Assembly (NCBI GenBank): GCA_964016885.1
Contig: OZ024740.1
Span: forward strand, 106,888,001 to 106,952,000
DNA: 64,000 nt
Direction of reading: 5' to 3'
DNA from: Eledone cirrhosa
Lineage: Eukaryota
Every line of letters begins with the position of its first letter. Position 1 is the first letter of the stretch. Shown here piece after piece: positions 24,901-38,893 of this stretch. A model generated the notes under the pieces. It did not search any database and had not been told where the DNA came from. It saw only the letters and a program-made list of their open reading frames with translations. The translations under genes and the position numbers were made by a program.

Positions 24901-27866
24901 TATTTTGTAGGGAAATAGATAGGTCTAGCATAGGCTGTCCACAATTCAAGATAGTCAGCTACACGCACCACAAATTCGTGATCTGTGTGCTTGACTTAGA
25001 TAGGCTTCATAGACGAGGACCCGGCTACTGGAAGTTAAACGCGTCCTTACCAGCGGGCAAGGCCTACAGAGACCGGATTAGCGAACTAGTTAAGCGGGCG
25101 TTGACGGGGGCCATCGTCAACAAAAAGTGGTGGTTTGCTCTGAAAAGAGCGATTAGAATAGAATCCATTAGGTTTAGTAAAGCTTTAGCAATAGAGAAAA
25201 ATAGAGCAGAGGGAGAACTAGTTAGAAAATTAGACGAGGCGCTTAGCAAAGGCATCGCGACCGACGTGCTTGCGGCGAAATTGGCCCTTGACCAATTCTT
25301 CAATGCAAAGCACGAAGGCTGCGTTGTCAGAGCTAGGGTGCGTGCTCTCAGACACGAGGGGACAAAAGCCGTTCAATGGGCCCGAGTGGCGGAGACGCGT
25401 CGTGGCAACAAAGCCACGATCCGGTCTTTGGTGGATCACGACGGGCGCATGCTACTCGATCCCGGTCAAATGTGTGAAGCTTTTCAGCGACACTTCGCTC
25501 AGCTGCTCGGGGGCAGCGGTGGGCCGGGTCGAGGGATGGACTTTAGTGTCTACCTCGACGGACTGCCGCGGCTCTTGGTCACTGAGGCGGAGTGTTGCGA
25601 AAAGCCGATAACAGCCGCCGAAGTAAGGGAGGCAATGACTGGCTGCACAAGGGGTAAATCGCCTGGTTTGGATGGTCTGCCCTATGAACTTTACGTACAG
25701 ATGCCAGACTTGTTCGGAGGCCTCTTGGCGGACGTCTACTGCAACTGGCAATAGAACGGGAGAATTCCCAGCTCTGTGAGCCGAGGAGCGGTGGCACTGC
25801 TGAAAAAGGATCCAAACAAGGGGGATAACATAGATAATTTCCGGCCCATAACTCTGCTAAACATAGAGTTCAAGATTTTGGCCAAGGTGCTAGCAAAGAG
25901 GTTGGCGCTTGTCGTTGGTGGTCTGGTGGGAGAGGCGCAGACATGCGCCATTCCCGACAGATCCATCCACGACAACCTCCACCTCATGCGATACATCGTA
26001 GAGAGGGTAGCTAGGGAACCTGGCACGGGTGGGTCCTTGATCAATTTAGATCAGTCGAAAGCTTTCGATAGGGTCGACCATCGTTACCTAGCGGCAGTCC
26101 TCAGGGCGGCTGGCTTTGGGCCCGTCTTCAGAGGCTGGATCGCTGCCATGCAGAGCGACATCTGCTCTGTAGTGAGAGTGAACGGTCACCTTTCGGAACC
26201 GTTCAACATCATGCGCTCGGTCCGCCAAGCATTTCCCCTCTCGTCCCTCTTGTACGTATTGACTCTCGAGCCATTACTACACAAACTGGAGACGTTGAGG
26301 GGCGTCCCGCGCGAACTAGGATGCGGAAGATCCGTGTCAGCATATGCGGACGATGTCACCGTAGTGGTGTCGAACGCCTGCAGCTCGGCGCCTGGAGAGG
26401 CAGGTCCATGCCGTCCAACAGCGTCGTTGGGCGCTGGACGGACGGACCGGTTAAATTGCTAGGGGTCTGGTATGGTCCGGACCTCCAGACGGACAAAAAC
26501 TGGGACGAGGTGACGAGGAGAGTGGCTTCTCTCACCCAGAAATGGGCGTAGAGGAAGCTATCCCTGAAAGGTCGAGCGGAGGTGGCTATTGCGTACATCG
26601 CGTCTGTCATCTGCTACCGCCTGACCGTCGTACCTTGTCCTAAGCCCCGCCTGAATGCGCTGTAGCGTTTGCTCTTTCGCTTTTTGTGGAAGGGACGCGC
26701 TCCGATGGTCAGGCGGTCCATCTGCTGTCAACACCCGCTACGTGGAGGGCTAGGCATGCCGTGGCTGATGATGCGCAGACACGCGCTCAGGCTATGACAT
26801 CTCCACCTCTTCCTCTACGGTGATCAGGTGTGGTCGCCGTTTGCTAGACACGTATTTCCCAGCTCGTCTCCTTGACGGAGCTGCAGTCCTGGGTCAAGAG
26901 AAGACCGAGAGGGAGCGCCTGAAGACATTCCAGTCTCCAGGCCCTCGACCAATCGGGCAATGTGATCGGTGGAAACTCCACCTCGGCGTTCTATAGAAGA
27001 TTAGTGGAGGGGAAGAGCGACGACAGTACTTGGGGAAACTCTAGGCGTCGACGAAAATCAACTAGCCAATCTTTTTGGAAGAACTTTCGGGCCGGGACCT
27101 ATGGACAATTTCCAGAAATCTCTGGCCTGGCAGTGCTACCGAGGAGCCTTGCCAGTTCGGGATAAACTCTACAGGCATGGAGGTGCCGTCAGCCGGGCAT
27201 GTCCGAGATGCGCGCATGGCGACGAAACCGTCCTGCACGCACTCGTCCAGTGTCCGAAAATTGCTGACTTGTGTGTTTATGTCGAACACCTGCTGTCGCG
27301 TGTAGGAAGGATCCGGCTATCATCTGAGTCTATCGTGAGGATTGCCCGCCCTCTTCCTTTAGCCGGGAAGGGCAAGCAGTTTTTATCTGTCTGGTGGCAA
27401 TGGCGAAAGAGATAGTATGGTGGACACGTTTGAAAGGGCTGAAGACGAGTACTTACCTCTTCGGTGATGCCCTGATTGACTTTTTCAAATTTCATTTGAA
27501 AAGGAAAATCGGAGTAAAGAGGGAAGTGCTCTCTTCCCAGCATTTTGTTGAAAGATGGGTGAGAGAAGCAAGAATGGCCCGAGTGAATGGGCCTACTCTG
27601 AGTACGTATCTGTAAATTAAAGGTGGAAAACTGGGAGAGGGCACTTGCCTTGGTGGTCAGGGTCACTGTGGCCTTTTACTGGGCTTTCTCCACAAATGTC
27701 CCTCCGAAGTCTCCCCCCTATTGGGGAATTTTTCATTGTTATTTTTTTGTTACATCCTCTGTTTTTGTTTTTTTACACGCAGAAATGCCCATTTGTACCG
27801 TCCTGTATTGTCCTGTACTGTCCTTAATGTCTACTTTATGTAAACCCTTGTGGTTAATAAAGAAAA

Positions 27867-27867
<1 letters not shown>
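21938..27867 (+). mobile_element. Tx1/L1-clade LINE, copy C, apparently full length but disrupted
   Basis: 5' UTR; ORF1 from ATG 22154 with Ser/Asn-rich tract and CFRCGSKTHLRAFC knuckle; ORF2 from ATG 24290 to 27615; AATAAA then (ATT)n at 27868-27901; (ATT)n also on the 5' side. Confidence 0.92.
24290..27615 (+). pseudogene. Tx1 copy C ORF2 (APE-RT-CCHC) with stops, frameshifts and an internal deletion near 26378
   Basis: ORFs 24239-24565, 24456-25754, 25776-26462, 26321-26551, 27101-27415, 27394-27615. Confidence 0.9.
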
Positions 27868-27900
<33 letters not shown>

Positions 27901-27903
<3 letters not shown>

Positions 27904-28104
27904 ATAAAGGAACGAGGATTCAGTATTGCATTATAACATATTTAATAACATTACATATGTTTCACTATCGATATACTCGAGGAAAGGCCTATTATAGATG
28001 TCAGGTTCGATCTATAATAGGTCTTTCCTCGAGCTGATCGATAGTGAAACGTATGTAATATGTTATGATGCAACACTGAATCCTCGTTCCTTTATTATTA
28101 TAAT
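27901..28104. repeat. Imperfect fold-back inverted repeat (about 100-bp arms, 10-nt loop), PLE-end-like
   Basis: AATAAAGGAACGAGGATTCAGT...ATTATAGAT / ATCTATAAT...ACTGAATCCTCGTTCCTTTATT. Confidence 0.85.
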
Positions 28105-28351
28105 AGTATACTCTGCTCTGCGTGAGCATCGAGTGCTCAACCGGCATACCGCCTAAGGACGCATATTCTCTTGCAACGTACAACTATATATATATATATA
28201 AGCGGGATATCCATAGATATAGGGCGCCAAGTAAACAATGCTCAATCTATTGCAAGAGAGCTTATTTAGTATATTTAAACGTTCATACACTTAACATGTA
28301 TGCTCTACCTTAGGTTTCGGGGTCCAGTTATAACTACCACTGTATAGTGGA

Positions 28352-29777
28352 GGAGCCATTTCAATATTAGCCTCTCATTGGACGCCAGGACAAAATTACG
28401 AAAAAAAAACCGTTAGCCCACTAAACTTAATTTTACTACAGTGAAGAGCCTTCTTTTCGAGAACAAGGGATGCCTTATGTGTGTATGTGTAATTTGCGTG
28501 AGACTTAAGTTGTAAGCTAATTATCTAAATATAAATTAAACACTCTAAAGGATTTCGTTACAAACAGAAATGGTAGATTGTTTACCCTTGAGGGGTCAAG
28601 GGAGGTAACTTCTGATGGGATATATTTATAAATGTTTGTGTGTAATCTAGCATGTAACTTATTTTGCAAACACTTAAATCTAAAAGCTTCCCAATAATTA
28701 AAATCTGAACATGCAAAAAAAAATGTTAATTGTATGTATTAGCTAGCGTGTAATGTGATTTTATAAGGTTAAAACCTCTTCCAAAATTTATTATGTTATG
28801 TACATGTGAATGTGGATGTGATGTGTTTAATTTGTTTGTGTGTGGATGGGTGACAGAGATGAATAGGTTCATTGAGGATTTAGAGCGTCTGGTAAGGAAG
28901 TATCTTGTAGCGTGGGTTTCCAGTTGAACAAGAGATGGCCGTTCTGGTGCAAACAATGTCTAATAATTTCAGTCTTGGGGTTCAGATGTGTCCTTGGTGA
29001 GTATAACCCTTGAATATGTTTCACGGATTTCTGGCTGGTTGGTGCTAGTGTATTTGATCCTTCTTTCGTATACTATGGTCTTTATATTACAGTTTTGTTG
29101 TAATGGACAGTCTTCTTTTCTGCTGCAACAGCATCTCGGATTCTCATCATTTTCTTTTTTTCGGTCATCTTGGATCTCATGAAAGGTGGGAAAGAATAAG
29201 ATATCAATACCGAACGGCGATTGAAGATTTTACTGTACTTATGTTGTAGGGTGAGTTGCTTAGCAATTAGGTCAAATAATTTCTTACCTACATTAGTCTT
29301 CACATTAAGTGAGAATGGAGGAACGAACCAGATTATTTTTCTTTTCTTATTTCTATTTCTATGTGGATGTCTATTAGGCATGTATTTGATCTCTTCTCTG
29401 AATCCACTATCTCGGAGATCATTGTCGTATGGCGCAGCCTTTTCAAATATTTCTCTAGTAGATGATAAGTTCGATATTCTACGGCTAATGTTAGACACCA
29501 GAATTATTTTTTTTAATGTCGCGAGTGGCAGGATCCTCTGTTGATATATTTTAGCCTTTCATTCAGTTTATGTGTGCCTGTTGGTAGGTCCAGATTGACC
29601 TCAAGAAAGTTTAGGATAGTGAGATTCGTGTCTACTGTTCGGAACTAGGACATTGCCTCCCTTGTTCTATAAAAGGAGCTCTCCACTGTATTAAAACCAA
29701 ATTTAGTGAGCTAACGGTTTTTCTTTTCGTAATTTTGTTCTGGCTTCCGTTGTGAGGCCAATATTGAAACTGCTCCA
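28352..29777. mobile_element. Element bounded by diverged ~125-bp inverted repeats (28352-28474 / 29655-29777)
   Basis: GGAGCCATTTCAATATTAGCCTC...CAAAATTACGAAAA...CCGTTAGCCCACTAAA...GAACAAGGGA is mirrored at the right end. Confidence 0.65.
28940..29640 (-). pseudogene. Decayed Penelope-like element (RT thumb, linker and GIY-YIG region)
   Basis: ORF 29082-29498 ISRRISNLSS..IIWFVPPFSLNVKTNVGKK..KIFNRRSVLISYS; in shifted frames RCCCSRKEDCPLQQNCNIKTIVYE and LNPKTEIIRHCLH. Confidence 0.8.
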
Positions 29778-30060
29778 GTTCCGTCAACTGAAAAAAATTA
29801 GTTGTTCCTGTAATTCATAGGACTAACATTATCACACACTGTTTCACATTTAATCTCCTTGAGAATTACATTAAGGGTAAATGTTTCTGTGAAATTCTCA
29901 GCCACGTGCATGTTCATTTCATGAGAAAACTATTCTGTTGATCGAATCAACTAGAACCAATGAAGGTTCAACACGTGTCAAACACTTGCGCGTTAATTTG
30001 GGGAGTCGGTCGTTCAGTTGATCAAACGACAGAATGCTCATCGTCGAAACCAACGGAGGA

Positions 30061-30062
<2 letters not shown>

Positions 30063-30108
<46 letters not shown>
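30063..30108. repeat. (CAT)n microsatellite
   Basis: Seen directly. Confidence 0.97.
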
Positions 30109-31315
30109 GTCGTCATTATCGTTACTTAGTTTATAAACTCCGAAGAAATTAAATACCAAAACATCCCAGGTAGAATTTCAAACCTAATACCAGAAACAGG
30201 AACTAGATACTACAAATGATTTAGTGTGGCGTTCTTGTCAATAATATTGCTAGATTTTGCAAATGTACTTAATTTATTCACATTTATCGCCAAAAGATAT
30301 GTTTTTAATTAGTGCACTGTGAATGTTTCGGGTGGTCTGAGCAGAGTTGACCTATGTTAATGAGTTACCCATAAAAGCCCCCCACTTCCCACTGAACACA
30401 TTTCGAAAATAATATAGTAGATATTTTATAGTAATTCTTTTATATTCCAATTAATTAAGTTCAGTTGATAAAATACATTACATTCCATGATAATGTTGAG
30501 TATTTCTTTCACAAATAAGGACATACGTCTTCTATTTGACGACATCAATATTTATTCTATCCTTCTTATAATTTCTTAACCTCAACGCAGCATGGTACTT
30601 TAAGAAAACCAGCCTCTCCTGCTTTCTCCAAATCGTTTATACTAATTTCTGATTCGCTATAAAATTTGCTATACCTTAAGTCATGTCCGTCTCTTGCTTC
30701 AACTATTTCCACTTCAAGATTATATCCAGATGTTTATCACACAGGATAGTATTCTATATGCCATTAAGATGTTTGTACAATTCATCAACTACAGAGATGT
30801 CACCAATGGAAGCGAAGAGCCAACGCAGTCAGAGAACGACACGAAATAAAAAAGGTCGATGTCGTAAAACAAAATGAAGCATATTCACACTAAAAGGATA
30901 GTATTCGGAAGTGACATCTTATACTCAGCGGAAGGAGTGAGATAGATTAAATGTGTGCTTTTATTATTTCCGTTCCTTTTTGTCAAGAGGCAATTTATGA
31001 AAAGACGTCATGATATGAGAGATTTTATCCCAGATTTGATGAAAATGAACACAAAATTGCAAGATAACAAGATGGCAAATTGATAGATTTGTTAGAGTGT
31101 CAAGTAGAATACCTCGTAGTATGTTTTCCAGTGAACACAGTGGACACACTGGACACAGTAGCATAATAAAAGAAATGTCAGGAGATATTTTATTTTATTT
31201 TTGACGTTCTGAGTTCAAACACTGGAAAAATCAATATTGCATTATCTCCTCTTGGGTCGTCGAAATAAGTGTTAGCAATTTACTCAGTAATAACTTTCCA
31301 ATACTTACACACACA

Positions 31316-31407
31316 CATACATACATACATACATACATACATACATACATACATACATACATACATACATACATACATACATACATACATACATACATAC
31401 ATACATA
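31316..31407. repeat. (CATA)n microsatellite
   Basis: Seen directly. Confidence 0.97.
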
Positions 31408-32771
31408 GGCTGCTATATCATTTGTGACGTTGTAACAATCTGAAACGGATATCCATTCTTTTATCCTGTACCTAACTGATGACTTAACGCCCTAAAAGAT
31501 TGACAAGGACATCCATACTTCCATGGGATTAGCTTCGCAATTATAACATCCTGGGTTCAATATTACTGCATGGCATCTAGACCACGTTTCATTTACCATG
31601 ACCTCGGATCGACCTAAGCCTTGTGAGCGAAATTGGATAGATGAAACTATTTGAAAGCCAATCTTTGAAGCCAGCCTTGTCCTACAGTCTCAGGTCGAAA
31701 TTCCCCAAGAATAACGTTAAGACTACCAGTATCTGTGAAATGCTCAGTCATTTTCACGTTAATTTTACGTGTAGACTGGAACAAGATCGTCGAAACCGAC
31801 GGAAATCCATACTATTCCACCAAACATACTAAAAGAAGGATGGGCTAGACAGATGACCTAGAATCAGTAAATAGCAGCTTCGAGCCTTAAACAATCACTT
31901 AGTTGCTATACTGAATTATTGAATTATTCTAGTACTCAATTACAGAGCCAATAAGAAAATATCTACATGGTTTTTTGACATTCTAGAAATAGCAGTCAAC
32001 TCTTCCCCATACTACACTCTACCGTCTTTAAAAAAGTTGAAGTCACATTGGAAAATTAAATCGAAGATACTACGTATCAAAAGAAAAGTTGAGATGCCCA
32101 CAAAGGGAATGTTTTTAATTATTGCTAACCTAAAGTTAAACAACAACATATTTCTTCAACCCTGACACGTTTCTAACATAACTTATACTTCCAGAATGTT
32201 CCGATTTCGACATATTTCAGTTCGTTTCCCACGGTCAATCAATTCTTAAAGAATATACTTTTTCCTTCCTCGGGTTGAGGCGTTACTTAGCTTTCTGGTA
32301 TGTATGGGAATTTGAATGTTCTACTATCTTTTAGTCAATGAAGCAAACTAGAAAACTTCCCCTCTTATGTGGAAGTCTTTTACAGTCTCAGTTGAAAACC
32401 ACAGTATCCGCCAACTCCGTAGTTTTCTTCTGGAATCATTTTCCGTCTTACTTTCATAATGACCATCAGAGGCAAATTGTAGCTTAAAGAACATTCTGTG
32501 AGAGAAGACATTGACTACGCCTCTCAGGCCATTGTACGTGTCAAATTCATAGACCTTTATACAAATATCTTCAACTTAGATCAGTGAAAGAAACCACCAC
32601 GTCAAACATATTGTCAACGCATTTGCCTTTTCACGGGAAGCTTGAGCAATAAATTATTTAAGTTGAATTTCATGTTTGCAATTTTAACTCCGACTTTATA
32701 CCCATAAAACGATAACGCGAATCTGATCAATTGTGGTGCAAGACCTCGGGATTTTTTCTTGTCGATGTATA

Positions 32772-32858
<87 letters not shown>

Positions 32859-32940
32859 ATAATAATAAAATTGAAGACTAAAATCCAAAGAGGGCTCGAT
32901 AAGGATAAATATATATCAAATATATAAGAACCGTAGAGCA

Positions 32941-33615
<675 letters not shown>

Positions 33616-33789
33616 GTGTTGCGTTGGAATATGTGATAAATCAAATGTAATGAAATTAGTTGAAATAGGGCAAAACAAGAAAAAACGGGACAGCACAGAA
33701 ATGGGCGTAAATAGTAGGAAACATGACACATACAAAGAGAAAATTCCAAACTTCAGTCGGCTCCTCTAAACCGACCTGATTTCGGTAGA

Positions 33790-34310
33790 AAAACTTTCGG
33801 GAAACAATAGCTTAGTGTCCTACCAGAAAGACATTAATCACAAAACCACGCACCTTCACCATTTTTCCTTCACGTGAAATATCAGATCCCCTCCTATTGA
33901 AAATAAACCATATTACTTTTTCAAAAATATGAGGTGTGTTTTTCTTTTTATTAGAACATATGCTGACATTCTTTAGAGCAAGAGAATCAACTAATGAAGA
34001 AACGCCATCTGCCCAATAGCTACTGAACGCCATGCTCTGAAGACATTAACGTCCTGGTCTAATTCTGGTATTTCTTCATTTTCATTTTCATTTTCTCTTT
34101 TAGATGAGCTTTCTTGCGTATTTCCCGCAGTTTCTTGCCGGATATCAATATAAACTTGAAAGTTTCTTTAGATTTAAATATTTCCGTGAATCCTTCATTT
34201 TATGACTGCGGGAATCGATGCTGGTTATTTTCAACGGAAATATATAATTGTATTTTGATGGCGATGCCATCTCTATTAGAAGACGAATATTCCAAGGGAT
34301 CTCACTCTCC
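33790..34310 (-). pseudogene. Possible heavily decayed LINE apurinic-endonuclease fragment
   Basis: Scattered motifs read by eye (GDGIAI, MSAY, FLVGH) with many stops. Confidence 0.3.
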
Positions 34311-36169
34311 CCATCTTTTTCTGCTTAATGTTTAACACATCTAATCTTGTAAAAGATGTCTCAACAAGAAAATAAATGCGATGGGAGACAGTCTATAGTC
34401 TTTAGTGCGTCTTTAGTTAGTTGGATGCTTTAGGCTTCAGATAATGAAAAACCAGAAACGCTGTGACAAATTGTATATATATTCACTAAAGGGAATTTGG
34501 TTTTGAGAAATAAACCGAAATAACATTGAAGAGACAAAATATATATAAAAAGAGGATACTCGGATCAGACCAGGGAAAGCGTGTTTACATATTTCCGATG
34601 GTCTTTCCTTGCTGATAATAATCTATCGGCTGCAACTCCTGGAAGAATTGTCACCATGAGAATTGAACATAAAACGCACAGATCCGAACAGACATTTATC
34701 TACCAGACCCAGCACCCCACTGGTACTTTGTTTATCGATCCTGGAAGGATAAAGGAAAAAGTTTACCTATGCTGGATTTGAACTGAAAGAGTGGGAAGAA
34801 TTACGGTGACATTTAATCCGAAGTACTAACGAATTGACTAATTCTCGCCATGGACAGAAAGAACACAAGTGAGAGAATAAAACGAAATACAGACTTACAA
34901 ATCTCTCTTTTGTTCCGTAACTCCTGAGACTTCCATAGGGGCACCTTATTGACATACGGCATTTCAGGGCATTTTAAACGTGATAAAGCCCACTCCTCTC
35001 CAGATCTGAATACAGCCGATTTTTGCCAGAGAAGGATAGAGAGAGTGGGGGAATGCAAGTGAGAAAGATGTATTGAGGAAGAATCGACTCCAGTACTAGA
35101 TGGTACTTTTTTTTATTGACCTCGAATGGATGAAAGGCAAAGACGTACAAAGAAGAAGGAATTAATGAACTAGACAGAAATACAACACACTCACAAATAA
35201 AAGAAATTGTTATATTACGGAAATATTAAGACCATACTTAAAATGTTATATTATGGCAATATTAAATCCATATTTAACTGTAGAATGTAAAACAAAATAA
35301 GACAATAAGCATGAATACGCTAGTTCAGAGATCCCCCAACTTTTTATATCATCCAGCAATTCATAGAATTGTTTACCCTCCCCCATCGACGCCAGACATG
35401 TAAAGGAATAAATAATTCAATGAATATGTAAGTAAACAGAATATTTGCGGTCTTGTTTAAGGGGCGCAGCCCCATTACCACCGTGCCGTAGGCCCAGAGC
35501 CACCCCCTCCTCTATCCCCCTTCCCTTCACCCTCCCCATCCTTCTGTAACACTAGAGCCTTTGTCTTTCCCTTCTTTTTCCGTTCTTTTATATTTTTTTT
35601 ATTTTACATTCCGCCCTTTCTTCTCAATCTATTTTTTCCTTTTTCTATTAAATTGTTTTTACTATTATAAACATGAGAAACTAGTTTAAGCAAGTTGTAG
35701 CAGTCATTGGGTGCGTTGGCTAAATACTTTGCGGTATTTGATCTGTCTCTTGACGTTCTGATGTCAAGTCACGTTGAGGTCAACTTTGCTTGTCATCTTT
35801 CTGGTGCCGATAAAATAAAGAACCAGTCAAATACAGGACGTCGATGTTATTGATTTTCCCTTTTTCTCAAATCTATTGGCATAATGCCTAAATCAGAAAA
35901 CAGTATAAGTGTGCTGGGTTGATAGTATCGTTAGAATATTGTACAACATACTTTGTAGCGTTTAGTTACATACCTTTAGTTACGTTCTGAGTTCAAATCT
36001 CGCTAAGTTCAACATTGCTTTTTATCCCTCCGGAGTCGATCAATCAAAGTGCAAGTTACGTACTAGAGTCGATGTAATCGATTTTTCCCTCCCCCAATAG
36101 TCAGAAACTATTATTTTTTTTTTAAATTTCTTATACAAATGTAATGCAAAAAAATGTAATGCAAAAAAT

Positions 36170-36335
36170 AGGGCAGCAGGGGAAGAAGGTGGCCAAGAAG
36201 GTGATGGGTGGGGAACATCTGCGCATGGACCGACAGGGGTCCCTGGGAGGCGATCAGAATGATGGTGGTCAGGACTGCTTAGAAGAAATTGCAGAAGGCA
36301 TCCACAGACTCTTGTGGTCGATGATGATGATCATG
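36170..36335 (+). mobile_element. RTE-clade LINE 3' terminal fragment
   Basis: One frame reads GRRWPRR*WVGNICAWT..EAIRM, resembling the RTE C-terminal RGRP..W motif, followed by a (GAT)n tail. Confidence 0.55.
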
Positions 36336-37564
36336 ATGCTACAAACGTCAGGTTTAGCCTAACATATACTTCAATCCCCTATTTAGTCCCATCGATCTCG
36401 GGGTCAATACCAACTACTTTAGGGGCGCCTAGCCCCTACTTTAGCTGTTCTGGCAATTCATAGTTACAACATTATCATCTGGAAGCGAAGTGAATTAATA
36501 AAGCAAAGAATAAAATGGACCTTTGTTGGCTTCGACGATAAGTGTTCCAGGTTCGGTTTTTTATCAACAGAACAACCTACTAATGAAATTAGCATGTGAG
36601 TGGCTGAGTATTCCGTAGACACGAGTACACAAAACGTAATTCTCATGAGGATTCAGCATGACAAAATGTGTAACAAGACGGGTTCTTTGAATTACAGGTA
36701 CTGTTCAAATAGTTTCCGCCTCTTCAATTTCACTCGCAAAACTTGGGTCCACCCAGACTATGATGAAAGACACTTGCCCAAGATGTAACGCAAAGGGATC
36801 GAATCCGGGACCCTACGATTGTGAAGCGAACCTTTTAATCAGCCGACCATGCTATATCCCCATATCTACTGTAGGACTAAAGGAAAATTAATACAAATTG
36901 AAAACGTGAACAAAACAAAAAATAAAACTTCAAGGAAGTTGACAAACATAAAACAGAAGCTAAAGTAAGACACTTTGGATGGCGAATGGAAAAACAATAG
37001 ATAATGGGACTGCAAAATATCCCACTAAGACGATTGCAGGAAAATCCTCTCCATAGTCAATACATGACAAAATTGAACAAAGCAAAATTGTGATAAAACA
37101 AACAGCAACAACATCAGCTTAGATTTACATTAAGTTCATAAATTACTATTGGATATTTTATCGAAAAACACTGAGATTTGAACTCAAAACAGCGTGGTAT
37201 GGATATCATAAGACATACAATTCGTTGTTTTACAGGCTATGTTCGCCCCCCACCGACAGGATATTTATAAGTAACACCCATTTAAATGCATATTTTATTG
37301 AATAAAATTTTAAATGCTTCATACTTGGTGACTTGTTACCACATATTTCGTTATACCTTTAGGAAATCATTTACACTTAAAATACTAAATATACCAAGTT
37401 GTTAAAGGAAAGTCTAAAAGATTTGTTTCCTGTGGATCTTAATATCAAATACCAAATTCAGGGTCAATTATTCCTAAGTTGGGCGAGAGATTGTGTTGCT
37501 TTTCAAACATTCCAACTAAATTACCATTTAAAGTGTATTGAGAATTATCATTGATCCACTCTAT

Positions 37565-37740
37565 GGTGGTAGATTAGCAGAATTGTTACTGCGTCAGATG
37601 GAATACTTTGCAGTATTTCGTTGCGAGCATCTACGTTCTGAGTTCAAATCTCGCCGAGGTCAAGGTTGCCTTTCATCCTTCCACTGTCGATAAAATAATG
37701 TACCAGTCAAGTACCGAGGTCGATGTAATCGCATTCCTTC
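37565..37740 (+). mobile_element. SINE with GCCTTTCATCCTT..GGGGTCGATAAAATAAAGTACCAG core (MetaSINE/MESC-like); many more copies near 790, 31200, 34720, 35090, 35720, 35930, 39320, 51375, 55130
   Basis: Shared TTCTGAGTTCAAATC B-box-like head and core across copies; superfamily assignment from memory. Confidence 0.7.
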
Positions 37741-38893
37741 TCGTCCTCCTCCAATTGTGTCTAAATTAGAATCATATTACTAGACGACTGAAATGGTTAT
37801 AATCGAGGCTTCGTTCAATGGCGAAATTAAAGATTATTTCAAGACTGGTTCAATTATTGGACTAAAGATTAAATGAAGACTAGCAATATGCTTATAATAT
37901 GGCAGTAGAGTGCTGTGTAGTTAGTGGACATTGATAGATATATTGTATGGACAAATTAATGGCTATGGATTAATGGTCAATTAGTAGTGTCGTACCAATC
38001 CCATTGTTGAAACTGGTTGATGATGGAAGCACATGCTAGACTGATCTCATGAGGAGTCATAATCTGACTGACTACATTCTCCACAATATATTCCATTATA
38101 GATTTCTTTGCTCAGTTGTCTCCCGTGCTGCACATGTTTATTCACTCCCTAACTTAATTGTTCTCTAAAGCTTTGATAAATATTTATATCAGAATCATAT
38201 ATAAATTGGGTAATTTAGTCTGGCATACATGATAAATCATAGCGACGCTGTGTTGATACTTTTGCCATTAAATTTCAGTCATTAGCTTTGTGTGAACCAT
38301 TATGTAAATTTCTTTATGCCACCAATAGCGAACAATGACAATTCTTAAAACAGACGAAACTACTCGGATGTTCCTCGCTCCCGGCTACTGAAATGCTAGT
38401 GATTTAATCGTGGGTTATAATTTCACAGATATTTCATATAATGATCCTATATCTAATGTGATCAACTATTCCCCATTAGTAAAGAATCGCGTATGTTCAA
38501 GACCCTTGTATAAACGTATCGATGTACAACGATGTTTTAGAGAGGGCATAACATCAAGTTCTCTGGGGGTAGAGAAAACTCAGGAATAGAATAATAGCAG
38601 AAGTTAGAGTTTCCTCTCTTTCTTTAAATGATATGGTTTCGTGCAAAAGAGTTTCACGGATTTTTTTTATTTCTTTTTACTATTTTCCAATCTTGTATGT
38701 TCAAACCAGCACTATTTAGACCGGTAAAATGTGGGCCCACCGTATAGTTATTTAACACGCCGTGTTGGTATATTTGCTCTAAACTATTAATCCTTTTGAT
38801 ACCAAACTACTTGAAACCGTAGTTGGTTTCTATGATACAAAACTTTTCATTTAAAAGTATTTATGTTAATCTAAAAACCTTTCATTATAATTT

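Noticed and set aside
30500-32620. Possible host exons or transposase remnants
   Set aside because: No recognisable motifs or consistent reading frame by eye; would need a translated homology search
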